Positions 12,855-24,310 of a DNA stretch of 64,000 bases are shown in pieces. The DNA lies in NCBI GenBank assembly GCA_951406725.2, contig OX597829.1, forward strand, positions 28,582,001 to 28,646,000, in the 5' to 3' direction. Under the pieces are notes generated by a model. It was not told the DNA's origin, ran no database searches, and worked only from the letters and a program-made list of their open reading frames with translations. This DNA comes from Octopus vulgaris (taxonomy: Eukaryota). Numbering within the stretch: the stretch's first letter is position 1; every line of letters starts with the position of its first letter. The translations under genes and the position numbers were made by a program.

Positions 12855-13182
12855 GATGGTGCCACATAAATAGACTTGTGCAGTGCCACGTAAAAGCACC
12901 CATGCAGCAAGATGTAAAAGTGCCCATATGGTAACACATAAAAGCACCTGTGCAACATCACGTAAAAGCACCCATGCAGAGCCACATAATAGCACCTGTG
13001 CAGTGCTACATAAAAGCACCCAGTACACTCTGTAAAGTGGTTGACATTAGGAAGAGAATCCAGCTGTAGTAACCATGCCAAATCAGACTGAAGTCTGATG
13101 CAACTCTCCAGCTTGCCAGCTCAGGTCAGTCCAACCCATGCCAGCAGGGACAATGGATGGTGGTGATGATGATGATGATGAT
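12855..13182 (+). mobile_element. (GAT)n-tailed retroposon with about seven tandem ~24-bp subunits
   Basis: GTGCCACGTAAAAGCACCCATGCA-like units at 12859-13021, then the family body and (GAT)n. Confidence 0.8.
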
Positions 13183-13377
13183 GTATTACAAAATTGTACA
13201 TATAGGAAAAACATGTAAGATATTTCCTATTAGTATATGAAATATATGTAATGGTGAATAAATAATACAAAACATTTTTTCCAATCACACAATTATAACA
13301 TCTACATTCAATTTTGGAGTACTGGAATATGCAGATGTGCTTCACAAGGACATATTTTGGATTACAACCCTATTTGC

Positions 13378-13413
<36 letters not shown>

Positions 13414-13415
<2 letters not shown>

Positions 13416-13820
13416 CGCAGGAGTGGCTGTTTGGTAAGTAGCTTGCTAACCAACCACATGGTTCCGGGTTCAGTCCCACTGCGTGGCATCTTGGGCACGT
13501 GTCTTCTGCTATAGCCCCGGGCCGACCAATGCCTTGTGAGTGGATTTGGTAGACGGAAACTGAAAGAAGCCTGTTGTATATATGTATATATATATAAGTG
13601 TGTGTGAATATGTTTGTGTGTCTGTGTTTGTTCCCCTAGCATTGCTTGACAACCGATGCTGGTGTGTTTACGTCCCCCGTCACTTAGCGGTTCGGCAAAA
13701 GAGACCGATAGAATAAGTACTGGGCTTACAAAGAATAAGTCCCGGGGTCGATTTGCTCAACTAAAGGCGGTGCTCCAGCATGGCCGCAGTCAAATGACTG
13801 AAACAAGTAAAAAGAGAAAA

Positions 13821-13822
<2 letters not shown>
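13414..13822 (+). mobile_element. tRNA-derived SINE family A, near-intact
   Basis: A box TGGCTGTTTGG, B box GGTTCAGTCCC, CORE-like CATCTTGGGCACGTG segment, internal (TA)/(TG) tract, GTAAAAAGAG tail; sits in (TA)n. Confidence 0.9.
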
Positions 13823-13860
<38 letters not shown>

Positions 13861-14741
13861 CATGGAAAGCAGATGTTAAACAGTGATGATGATGGTGTGT
13901 GTGTGTGTAGGTTTTGCATATTAAGAAAGAGGAAATTCATCACGAATGATTTCTAATAGAAAATTCATGCTTTTATATATATGTGAGTTAGTTGAACAAA
14001 ATTTGGAGTTGGATCTGTTTTCTTGAGATTTGGAAACAGGGTCTTTTGAGACTGATTAATCGAGATGTTCTTGTCACTTTGAATCTATATGTGCATGTAT
14101 ACATGTGTGTGTACGTACGTATTTTGTGAGTTTTTAAACAAAAACAAATAAAAAGAAAGAGAGGAAGAAATAAAGAATTGGGTGTTTTTCTGAGATGGTT
14201 GAAATTGATCTACGTGAGTGTGTATATATAAATATATATATGTATATATAGGTATATACATACACACACATACATGAAGGACTTTCACATAATTTCCATA
14301 TACCAGTTCAACTCACAAGGTATTGGTCAATCCTGGGCTATAGGTGAGCCTAAGGTGCCATGCAGTGGAACCAAACCCAGACCATGTTGCTGCTAAGCTA
14401 ATTGTGCAACTGTACAACTACAACTACTTTTGAATAAAACAAATGAATAGGTGGGATGGTCATAGCTGGGACTTCATTAACCATAAGGTCTATTGGATCA
14501 AGGTAAGCCTGGGACTAAACAACAATAATAACAATAACAACAAATTCTATAATAATGGTAAAAAAAAGGTACCAAGTTTATAAATTGGCAACATTTGCTC
14601 AACACAAACCTATTTGTTACTCCAACTTATAACATCGTTTTTTCTGTTTTTTCTTTTCCATTTTTATCTTAATTTTCATAAATAGGATCCATTCTAAATA
14701 AATAAATAGATAAATAATAATAATAATAATAATAGTAATAA

Positions 14742-14813
<72 letters not shown>

Positions 14814-15419
14814 TGATGATGATGATGATAATAATAGTTTAAAATTATGGTACAAGGTCAGTAAATTTTAGTGGGTTTTGGTGGTGGTGGTGGTGGTTTA
14901 GTTGATAACATCAATTGCAGTACCTGGCAGGCATTTTATTTCATTGAACCCCAAAAAGATAAAAGACAAAGTTGACTTTGGTGGTGGAATCTTAACTCAG
15001 AATGTAAACAGTTAGAAGAAATGATGATGAGCATTTGATCCAACACACCAGTAACTTGCAGTTAGCTTATCATCTTAATGATACTAATGATGATGATGAT
15101 GGTGGTGGTGGTGGTGGTTATATAATTGTTTCAAATTTTGGTTTAAGGCCAACAATTTTAATGGGAGAGGGGACAAATCTATAACAATGACCCAAGTACA
15201 TGACTGGTACTTTATTTTATCATGCTTCACCTCCTCTTTCCTATGGAAAGATGAAAGGCAGGGTTGATCTAAGCAGGGTTTGAACTCAGAATATAAAGAA
15301 CGAAATACAATATATTTTTGATGACAACTTGAACTCTTTTACCAATCCACTGACCTGCATCTTTAATAATCATTTTTGCAATAATAATAATAATAATAAT
15401 AATTATTATTATTATTATT

Positions 15420-15666
15420 TACATTATTTAGATTTGACAGATATTTGTCCTCATCTTGTTTGTTGTTGAACTGTTTCGGCTGATATACCCTCCAGCCTTC
15501 ATCAGGTGTCTTGGGGAAATTTTGGACCTGGGTTCTCATTCCTAAGGTATTTTTTGATGTTGTTGTTGTTACTTTTTTTATTATTATTATTCAGGTCACT
15601 GCCTGGAATCGAACTCAGAATCTTGGGGTTGGTAGCCCGCGCTCTTAACCACTACGCCACATGCCC
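15420..15666 (-). mobile_element. tRNA-headed element with a hammerhead-like 3' module
   Basis: Minus strand GGGCATGTGGCGTAGTGGTTAAGAGCGCGG...GAGTTCGATTCCAGGC (A/B boxes, 15666-15592), then a (TAA/CAA)n linker, then GACAC-CTGATGA-A-GGCTG..CAGCC-GAAAC. Confidence 0.75.
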
Positions 15667-15714
15667 ATGGAAATATATCTTAGAAATGGGAACCCAGGTT
15701 CGAAATTTCCCCAA

Positions 15715-15760
15715 GACACCTGATGAAGGCTGGAGGGTATAACAGCTGAAATGCTGTGTT
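15715..15760 (+). ncRNA. Minimal type I hammerhead ribozyme motif (stem III decayed)
   Basis: Stem I GACAC/GTGTT, core CTGATGA (15720-15726), stem II GGCTG/CAGCT, GAAA (15748-15751). Confidence 0.7.
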
Positions 15761-16929
15761 AACAACAAAAAAGATGAGGAGAAATATCCACCAAATGTAA
15801 ATATTGTACATAATTCCTCATCGCTTAAATATAGAACTGAATAATAATAATAATAATAATAATAACAACAACAACAATCCTTTCTACTGGAGACACAAAG
15901 CTACATATTTGTGGGGAGGGGACTAGTCGATTACATCAATGCCTGTACTTCACTGGTACTTAATTTATTGACCTCAAAAGGATGAAAGGCAAAGTCGGAA
16001 TTTGAACTCAGAATGTAAAGACAAAGTGCTGCTGAGGATTTTGCCCAGCGTACTAACAATTCTGCCAGCTCACCATAATGATGATGATGATGATGATGAT
16101 GATAATCCTTTCTACTATATGCACAAAGACGAGGGAGAAGGTGAGTCGATTATATTGATCTTAGTGCTCAACTAGTATTTTATTTTATTGATGACCTTGA
16201 AAGGTTGAAAGGCAAAGTGGACCTTAGCAGGATTTGAACTCAGAATTTAAAGAGTTGTAACTAAATACAGCATGGTAGATCTGTCTGATACACTAATGTA
16301 ACAACCAAATAACTACTGTCTCCAGCACCACCAGCACCACAATAATAACAACAATGGTTTCAAATTAAGCACAAATCAATAATAATAATAATAATAATAA
16401 AAAGAACAACAACAGTAATAATGGTTTCAAATTTTGACACAAAGCCAGCAATTTCAAGGAAGGGAGTGAGTCGATTGCAATGATCCCATTGCTCAAGTGA
16501 TACTTATAAAAAGAAATCCCCCCCCCCCGCCAAATTCTCCACAATGTGAGAACACACATATAAGAGATAATCATGGAAATATCACAAAGAAAAAGAAAAC
16601 CATGGGTCATCCTGACTACTAAGGTAAATACCCTCTCTCAATTGTTCTTTCTCAATCTACAGCTACATGCTAAGAACTCCATTCACTCAGGCCATGCTCA
16701 CAACACACAGCCACCTTTCAACAAATTTGCTAGGAAACAGCACTCCCCTTCTTTGCTCTCATTTGATTATCAAGTGAAACAAAAGTTTGTGAGGGCTTGG
16801 CCAAAGAGGAAGGTACTTGTCTTCAGCCCTTTCAGTCACATGCACCCACACAATCTCTTTTGTTAAGGCCACCAGGCAGGTATGCCCTTCCTGTTTAAGG
16901 AGGGTAAGAGGATGATCTTCACAATGGAC

Positions 16930-17700
16930 TCAGTAGATAGCTGGATCACTCCTATATGTGAGAGGAGCAGTTCCACATAATATGCTTGGGCACCGGATGG
17001 GTGCATGCAGAATGGTTTTGTTGCTCGGTACACACTTCAGACAAGTCCGGTTGACAGCATTTCCATGACTGTAGAGTTGATCTCAAACTAGCAGTGCCTC
17101 CCTGTAGCACTGCCAGGCCAGGGATTTCCAGAAAATAATCTATGGCTCCAGGCCAGAAAATCCTCCAAAACAGATCAACCATTTGAGTTTCTTCAATGTC
17201 CAGCATTTCCTTAAGTACATCATTATTTTTGCCCACCACTAAACCTCTATAAAACCAATTTCTAATTTCTACTCAATGTATTGCCCAACTAGTAGAGGTC
17301 TGTGAACATATGACATTCCAGATGCCAAGCACCCTGTCTTAGTCTTTGCTTGACATGAGACTGCAGCTTTTTCAAATAAATGAGTTGTAAAAAATGTATC
17401 TGACAAATTGCAGCTAGCACTTGTTCAAGGTTAAGACATGCTGGAGATGTTACAGTCTCAGTGCATACCTGTGCATCATCAGCCACAGCATGCCCAATCC
17501 TCAGCACAGCAGGTGTTGACAGTAAATGGAACACCTGGCTATAAAAAGTGGAAAAGCATACAATTCAATTTGGTCAGAAAATGAACTGGGGCAGGAGCAC
17601 AACAGTCAGGTAATAACACATGACAGAGGGGATGTAGTCATGTGTCATCACAGCCTGATCTTTCAAGAATAGGTTCCTCTTGACTTATTTCAAGGTGAGA
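16930..17700 (-). pseudogene. Degenerate RTE/BovB-like LINE 3' relic
   Basis: Broken translations resemble RTE C-terminal motifs: VKQRLRQGAWHL ~ QRRLRWAGH, DVLKEMLDI, CSSHIG ~ CxSRIGL. Confidence 0.5.
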
Positions 17701-20437
17701 GTAACCACTCTGCTCATCACTCTCTTCCAATTATTCTCTACCAAACCATACCCTGAATAATTTAAAACTCTAGCATTTAAACCAGTCATATCCAGCCCAA
17801 ATATTCTGGGTTTTTTTTTTGTTTAAACTGACCAGATCTGGGCTCTCACACCTACCCTACAATTTCAAAAATAAACCATCACATTACCAAAATCTCAAAG
17901 CTACAAGATAATGCATGATTATTCAAAACAAAGTGAATAAATAAGTATTACATTTGACAGAATAAACTAAATGCTGAAGGATTAACTTGTCTGTCCAGGT
18001 GCCTAGTGGTAAATGCACACCATTTTCTGGTCGATTTTTGGCTCTTGTAATTATTTCATAGTTGTTTAGAGCAATGCTGGTCCTCTCAATGTGCTTGGTG
18101 TCCAACACTTGCAGTAACATCATTCAAGCATGCTGATACAAATCCATAATTAATAAATAATAATTGCTTTTGATTTAGGCATAAGGCCAGCATTTTTGAA
18201 CAGAGGGGATTTATCATTACCACTGACCTCAGTACTTGGCTGGTACTATATTTCATCAAAAACTCAGAGGAATGAACTGCAAAGCTAACCTCAGATAGAT
18301 TTGAACTCAGAAAGTAAAGAGGCAGAACAAATACTGAAAGGCATTTTGTCTGACGCTTAAATGATTCCACCAATTCACTCCGTCCTGGCACCATCAACAC
18401 TATGGAGCACTACCAATAAACCTACCACCATCACCAACACCAACACCTCTTATATAGTTTCTACACTACACACAGATACACACCAAACCATTCTCCCCTT
18501 AGTATGAAACTTGATCTAGAAATGGCTTCACTTCCTTCTTGAATGTATAAATCAAACATGGGGTGGGTGGGAATAAAGAATGCAGAACATCCCCACTTCC
18601 TGTTGAGAATGACTGCAGAATGGAACTCCAGCTTGCTACCAACACTTTATGAATAACTTTCACATACTAACTAAAGAACAAGAACAGAATAAATAAATAA
18701 ATAAATAAAAAAATCCCCCCAAAAAACCTCACCAATAACAGATACAAATACATTTCTCTTTTACATATAGATATTATTATTGTTGTTGTTGTTGTTATTC
18801 AGATATTGCTCTGACTCAGAACTTCTTGGATCTTCTGGTAAATGAGATCCAAAGGAGTTTTAAGGTCTTTTTTTATTTTCATTGTTGTTGCTATTTAAAT
18901 ACAATTTTTTATCCTATAGAAAGAATATAAACAACAATATAAAATAATAAACCAAGCTTTTATTATGAGAAATAGAACCAAGAAACAGAATAAGCATGTG
19001 TGTGTGTGTGTGTGTGTGCGCGCGCACATAGCCATATACATAGGCATGGTATAACTGAAAGGTCAAAAAGTTCTCTTTGTAGTTCGGTTTCCAGTTTCAA
19101 TTCTGCTGCATGACATCTAGGGCAAGTGTCATGTTCTATAACCTCAGATTGATCCACAGTGTGTGAATAAAATTGGACAGGTGAAAATGGAAACACCTGT
19201 AGAAGCCTATTAGATGGATTACGGTATATGTATATACATACATATGAGGAACTAAAAAAAAAAAAAACAGTGTGAAGTGCAACTCATAAGACTGGACTCA
19301 GCAGTGAATTCCACACTTCACTCCAGTACCCAGCGTAGTACAATGTGAGGTATCTTGAAGTTGATACATATGCATAAGTGTATATATATGTACACACAGA
19401 CACATGATGGGCTTCTTTCAGTTTCCAGCTCATGTACACACACATATATGCAGACACGTGTGTGTGTATACACATATCTATCTATCAATCAGTGTGTGTG
19501 AATTACTACCCAAGAATGAGTATTGTTTGATAACATGTACCAAACCGTTGCAAATTTTTTTCTTCAGGTTCACAAATATTCACAATCACATAAGTTCACC
19601 CACTTCATAGTCCCACCCTTTATCCTAGCAACACATCCAAGATGTGACAACTTGAAGGACAGAAAGACCTGCATTAGCACCCAGTTGGTACTCATTTTCA
19701 GCCAACTAGAGGAGAACACTGCGAAATAAGAAGTGCTTTGCTAAAAAACTTGTCCAAGAATCAAACTGACAACATACTAGTTGTCAACCGATCGCCTAAA
19801 CCACTTATCCCATCCACATTTCATATTGCATTTTTTCTATTGACACTTGTCACCTATTTCTTTCCTTCACAGCTCCTACCCTACATTGATATTTACTGTA
19901 TCCATCTCCATCCCATTTCTAATTTGACACACTCTTTTCACTCTAGCACACTTACCTACCCTCTCATCCTATTTCTCTATCTTATTTTCTCTTTCATATT
20001 CACCCTGCACCTTGATATCGCTCTCTCTCTCTCTCTCTCTCTCTCTGTCTTTCTCACTTTCCAGGTGGGAAAGTCATGTATTTACTTCTTGAGCAAGATA
20101 CTTGCCCCTGTTCCCCATCATACTTTCATATTTCTTGATACTCAGCTGAAAGGACAGTGACCTCACCTGTGCTCGACCATAAAAAAAAAGCACCCAGTAC
20201 ACTCTGTGAAGTGGTCGGCATGAGGAAGAGCATCAAGCTGTAGAAACTATGCCAAAGCAGACATCAAACTGTTTTAATATGTAATTATTCTGCCAATAAG
20301 TATTTTCCAGTATTTTCAACTCATATAAAATATAATAACTATGATTATACTTTGAAGGACTGGAATATGTGAATTTATTTCATGAGGACATGTTTTATAA
20401 CTCTATCCACACACACACACACACACACATACTCACT

Positions 20438-20662
20438 TTAACCCTTTCATTACTGTATTTATTTTGAGATTCTCTTTGTTTCTCTCAATTATTTTAGATA
20501 TAACAAAGAATTTAGAAAAATAACTTATCATTAAGCTAGTGTTAGGAACATTAATTGTGACTAAGGTTTGGTGGAAAATTTTAATTCAAAACTTACGAAA
20601 ACAAGACATTTGTACTACAGATCCAGAGCCGGTTTCAGCCGGGTTGGTAACAAAAGGGTTAA
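20438..20662 (-). mobile_element. TTAA-flanked MITE family 2 (piggyBac-like ends)
   Basis: TTAACCCTTTCATTAC...GTAACAAAAGGGTTAA; closely similar to 42550-42778 and 62945-63171. Confidence 0.85.
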
Positions 20663-20825
20663 CTTTTGATGGAACTTATATCAAAATGTTTATAAAGATA
20701 CAAACAATTAACATTAACTTAGAAAATCAATATGGAAATGATGGGAATTGTGTAAAAAAAAAACTATTTCACTAACTAGTTAATCAATTCATATCATGAA
20801 AAAATTAATACAGTAATATAAAATA

Positions 20826-21335
20826 CTAGCAGTATCGCCCGGCGTTGCTCAGATTTGTAAGGGAAATAACTATATAAGCATTTTTAGAGAGTTACTTCCC
20901 TTATAGATGCCAATTCGGGCTTTCTTAGCCATTTCTGTTTTGGTGTCTTCAAGCCATGAAGTCGTTGTTCTAAAAGAACGCTGGTCTCCTTGACAACGCT
21001 TTACGACGTTGATTTCCTTACACTCCCTTCCCCACAGCTTCACGAGGGAGGGAAGAAGGGGGAGAAGCAAACTGGTGCAGGTGTGACCATGGACGCCAAT
21101 TCCGCCGCCATCGACACACGAAAAATTATGCATTAAAATGGAATAAAAAATGATGTTAAATTATTTTTAAAATCGTAGACTCATCGTAGACGCGCGCAAA
21201 TACTTAGATGGGCTCGATATGAATCACGACTATAAGATACCCGGTTTTGGTTAAACTGCACCACAAAATGTGGGAGTAGTTAGGAATCTAAATCGAAGGG
21301 GACAGACACTCACACAACTACAGTTTTATATATAA
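20826..21335 (-). mobile_element. Non-autonomous Helitron-like element
   Basis: Minus-strand 3' end GAGCAACGCCGGGCGATACTG-CTAG|T; nearly colinear with 45061-45696. Confidence 0.75.
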
Positions 21336-21774
21336 AATATTTAAAAGGATTTATCTAGACAACCCTTGAACATATGTTTCCATAAACGGTATTTAAAAAA
21401 TAGATATGTATCATTTCGCCAGTTATAGAAACCTAGATGTTTAAAATGAAGAAGAATATACGTTGTTATAAACCATATGGTGATATGAAAAGCAAAACAA
21501 GACAGCTACACACATATACACATGTCTGGTCATCATCTCTAAGGAAACTAGTGATTGTCGGTGTTGATGAATAGTGTTTAGTATGATTCACAAATTCAAA
21601 TAAGTTCACATGCCAAAGGGAAGACTAACATACTACCTGTATATTCGTCTAATTCATACACGTTCAGCCTATCTATATATTGTAAAATTCTCTGGGGTAA
21701 GAATATTTTTCATGGATATGTTCACTGTTCATCAAACTGAGCTCGAATCATTATAACTATGGCTGTTCAATCTT

Positions 21775-22058
21775 TTATCTTTTACTTGTTTCAGTCACAA
21801 GACTGCATTCATGCTGGGGTACTACTGCCTTAAAGAATTTTTAGTTGAATGAATCAACTCGAGATATATTTTTTTTTAAAGCTTGGGGCTTATTCTATCA
21901 GTTCCTTTAGTTGAACCTCTGAGTTATGGAGATGCAAACAAACCAACACTGGTTGCCAAGTGGTGGTGGGGAACAAACACAGACACAAATAAATATGATA
22001 GGCTTCTTTCACTTTCTGTCTACCAAATCCACCCACAAGGCTTTGGTTGGCCTGAGGC

Positions 22059-22111
<53 letters not shown>

Positions 22112-22268
22112 ATTTGATGGACTTCTTTTAGTTTCCATCAACCAAATCCACTCACAAGGCTTTGGTTGGGCTGAGGCTATAGTAGAAGACACTTGCCCAA
22201 GGTGTCACACAGTGGAACTGAACACAGAACCAAGTGGCTAGGAAGCAAGCTTCTTATCACACAGCCAA
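21775..22268 (-). mobile_element. SINE family A with an internal duplication around a (CA)n tract
   Basis: The ACCAAATCCAC..ACAAGGCTTTGGTTGG segment occurs twice, flanking (CA)n. Confidence 0.8.
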
Positions 22269-22759
22269 TTTTTTTTCTTTTTTTCTTCTTCGATATATAT
22301 ATTTATTTGATTTTTAGCTAACCAAAAGAATGTCATTTCATCTCTTCTGATGAAACAAAACTGTGTCATCTTTTAGTGGAGCAACAGTGTCACACAATCT
22401 TTTAAAAACCAAAAGAATTTTTGTTTTCATTTTAATAGAGCAAAATTATCATCACTTTTTAGTGAAATAAGGGTGTTTCTGTCATTAAAAGAAGTTCAGC
22501 TGTCTTTTTTCTATATCAATCATTTGTTACATTTATTTCTAAATCTCACATTCTACTCACAAATCACTAACTCTATCCCACTATCTTTGCAATGCTGTTG
22601 TTGTATCCAACCTGACAATTCTCATTTGGACCAAACTTTCTTTCATATCTGTCTGTCACCTGTACTGGTCTCTATGTCTCATATCACTTTATAATTGAGT
22701 GGTCTTAAAAGCACTAAATCATAACAAAGTTGCTACATTTACTGCCAAAACAAAAGATT

Positions 22760-22815
<56 letters not shown>

Positions 22816-22970
22816 GGCGGGTATTGAGAAAAAACTTATAATGCTCAGTACTGATTCAACTTAAACATCATATTCAGAACATTTCAAATAAGGTTTTGAT
22901 AAATGGAGTAAATTTTGACTCTACCATAGTGCTGAGTACAGAAACACAACAGAAAAGATGAGAGATAAAC

Positions 22971-23370
22971 AAGGCGGTGACTTGGCAGAAACGTTAGCAC
23001 ACCGAGCGAAATGCTTAGCGATATTTCATCTGCGGCTACGTTCTGAATTCAAATTCCGTCGAGGTCAACTTTGCCTTTCATCCTTTTGGGGTCAATTAAA
23101 TAAGTACCAGTTACGTACTGGGTCGATATAATCGACTTAATCCGTTTGTCTGTCCTTGTTTGTCACCTCTGTGTGTAGCCCCTTGTGGGCAGTAAAGAAA
23201 TAGGTATTTCGTTTGCCATTACAATCTGAGTTCAAATTACGCCAAGGTTGACTCTGCCTTTCATCCTTTCAGGGTCGATTAAATAAGTACCAGTTACGCA
23301 CTGGAGTCGATGTAATCAACTTAATCCCTTTGTCTGTCTTGTTTGTCTCCTTGTGGGCAATAAAGAAATA
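22971..23370 (+). mobile_element. SINE family B partial dimer with a 20-bp TSD
   Basis: AGAAAAGATGAGAGATAAAC at 22951-22970 and 23371-23390; the second unit restarts at GGTATTTCG (~23203). Confidence 0.9.
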
Positions 23371-23782
23371 AGAAAAGATGAGAGATAAACTTCCACCAGG
23401 ATAGGAACACCAGTCTATCTCAGGTAATATTACTAGATGATCTGAGGGTATCTAGATAAACTAGGGCAATGTAGAATGCAACAGAGAGAATGAGATATAT
23501 CTCCACTAGTATAGGACACAAGTCTATCACAAATAATATTACCAAATCTGGTAACTGGATGAACTACAAAAATATAAAGCATACTCTTTTACTTGTTTCA
23601 GTCATTTGACTGCGGCCATGCAGGAGCACTGCCTCTAGTCAAACAAATTGACCCCAAGACTTATTCTTTGTAAGCCTAGTACTTATTCTATTGATCTCTT
23701 TTGCCAAACTGCTAAGTTACAGGGACGTAAACATGCCAGCATCGGTTGTCAAGCATTGTTGGGGGGACAAACACAGACACAC

Positions 23783-24310
23783 ACTCCCAAAGGCTACATA
23801 ACAATCTTAGGTGACTGAGTAGGTAAGCTGTTAGATTACTTTACTCAGAAATCTGTAAGTCCAGATTGATTTCAGGAATGCTATTGTTTTTCTAGGAGTG
23901 GGTGTGTGGTAAGTAGCTTGCTTACCAACCACATGGTTCCAGGTTCAGTCCCACTGCATGGCACCTTGGGCAAGTGTCTTCTACTGTAGCCTTGGGCCGA
24001 CCAAAGCCTTGTGAGTGGATTTGGTAGACGGAAACTGAAAGAAGCCTGTCGTATATATATGTGTGTGTGTATATATATATATAGTTTCCGTCTACCAAAT
24101 CCACTCACAAGGATTTGGTCGGCCCGCAGCTATAGTAGAAGACCCTGAACCTGGAACCATGTGGTTGGTAAGAAAGCTACTTACCACACACCCACTCCTA
24201 GAAAAACAATAGCATTCCTGAAATCAATCTGGACTTACAGATTTCTGAGTAAAGTAATCTAACAGCTTACCTACTCAGTCACCTAAGATTGTTATGTAGC
24301 CCTTGGGAGT
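23783..24310. repeat. Long inverted duplication (arms 23783-24036 / 24083-24310) inside a family A SINE
   Basis: The arms are reverse complements and include ~110 bp of non-SINE flank; the spacer contains (TA)/(TG). Confidence 0.9.

Larger units (their letters stand above)
14830..16510 (-). mobile_element. Cluster of five or more co-oriented TTA-tailed SINE-B variants in (TAA)/(GAT) microsatellites
   Basis: Copies start at about 14835, 15125, 15876, 16103 and 16420. Most share GGTAC..TTTATT..AAAGGATGAAAGGCAAAGT..TTTGAACTCAG; the last is truncated. Confidence 0.75.

Noticed and set aside
12859-13021. CRISPR-like periodicity
   Set aside because: Degenerate head-to-tail units without unique spacers, inside a eukaryotic retroposon; no cas genes.
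15592-15666. Functional tRNA gene
   Set aside because: A/B boxes are present, but the acceptor stem is poor and it runs into a repeat body; treated as a SINE head.
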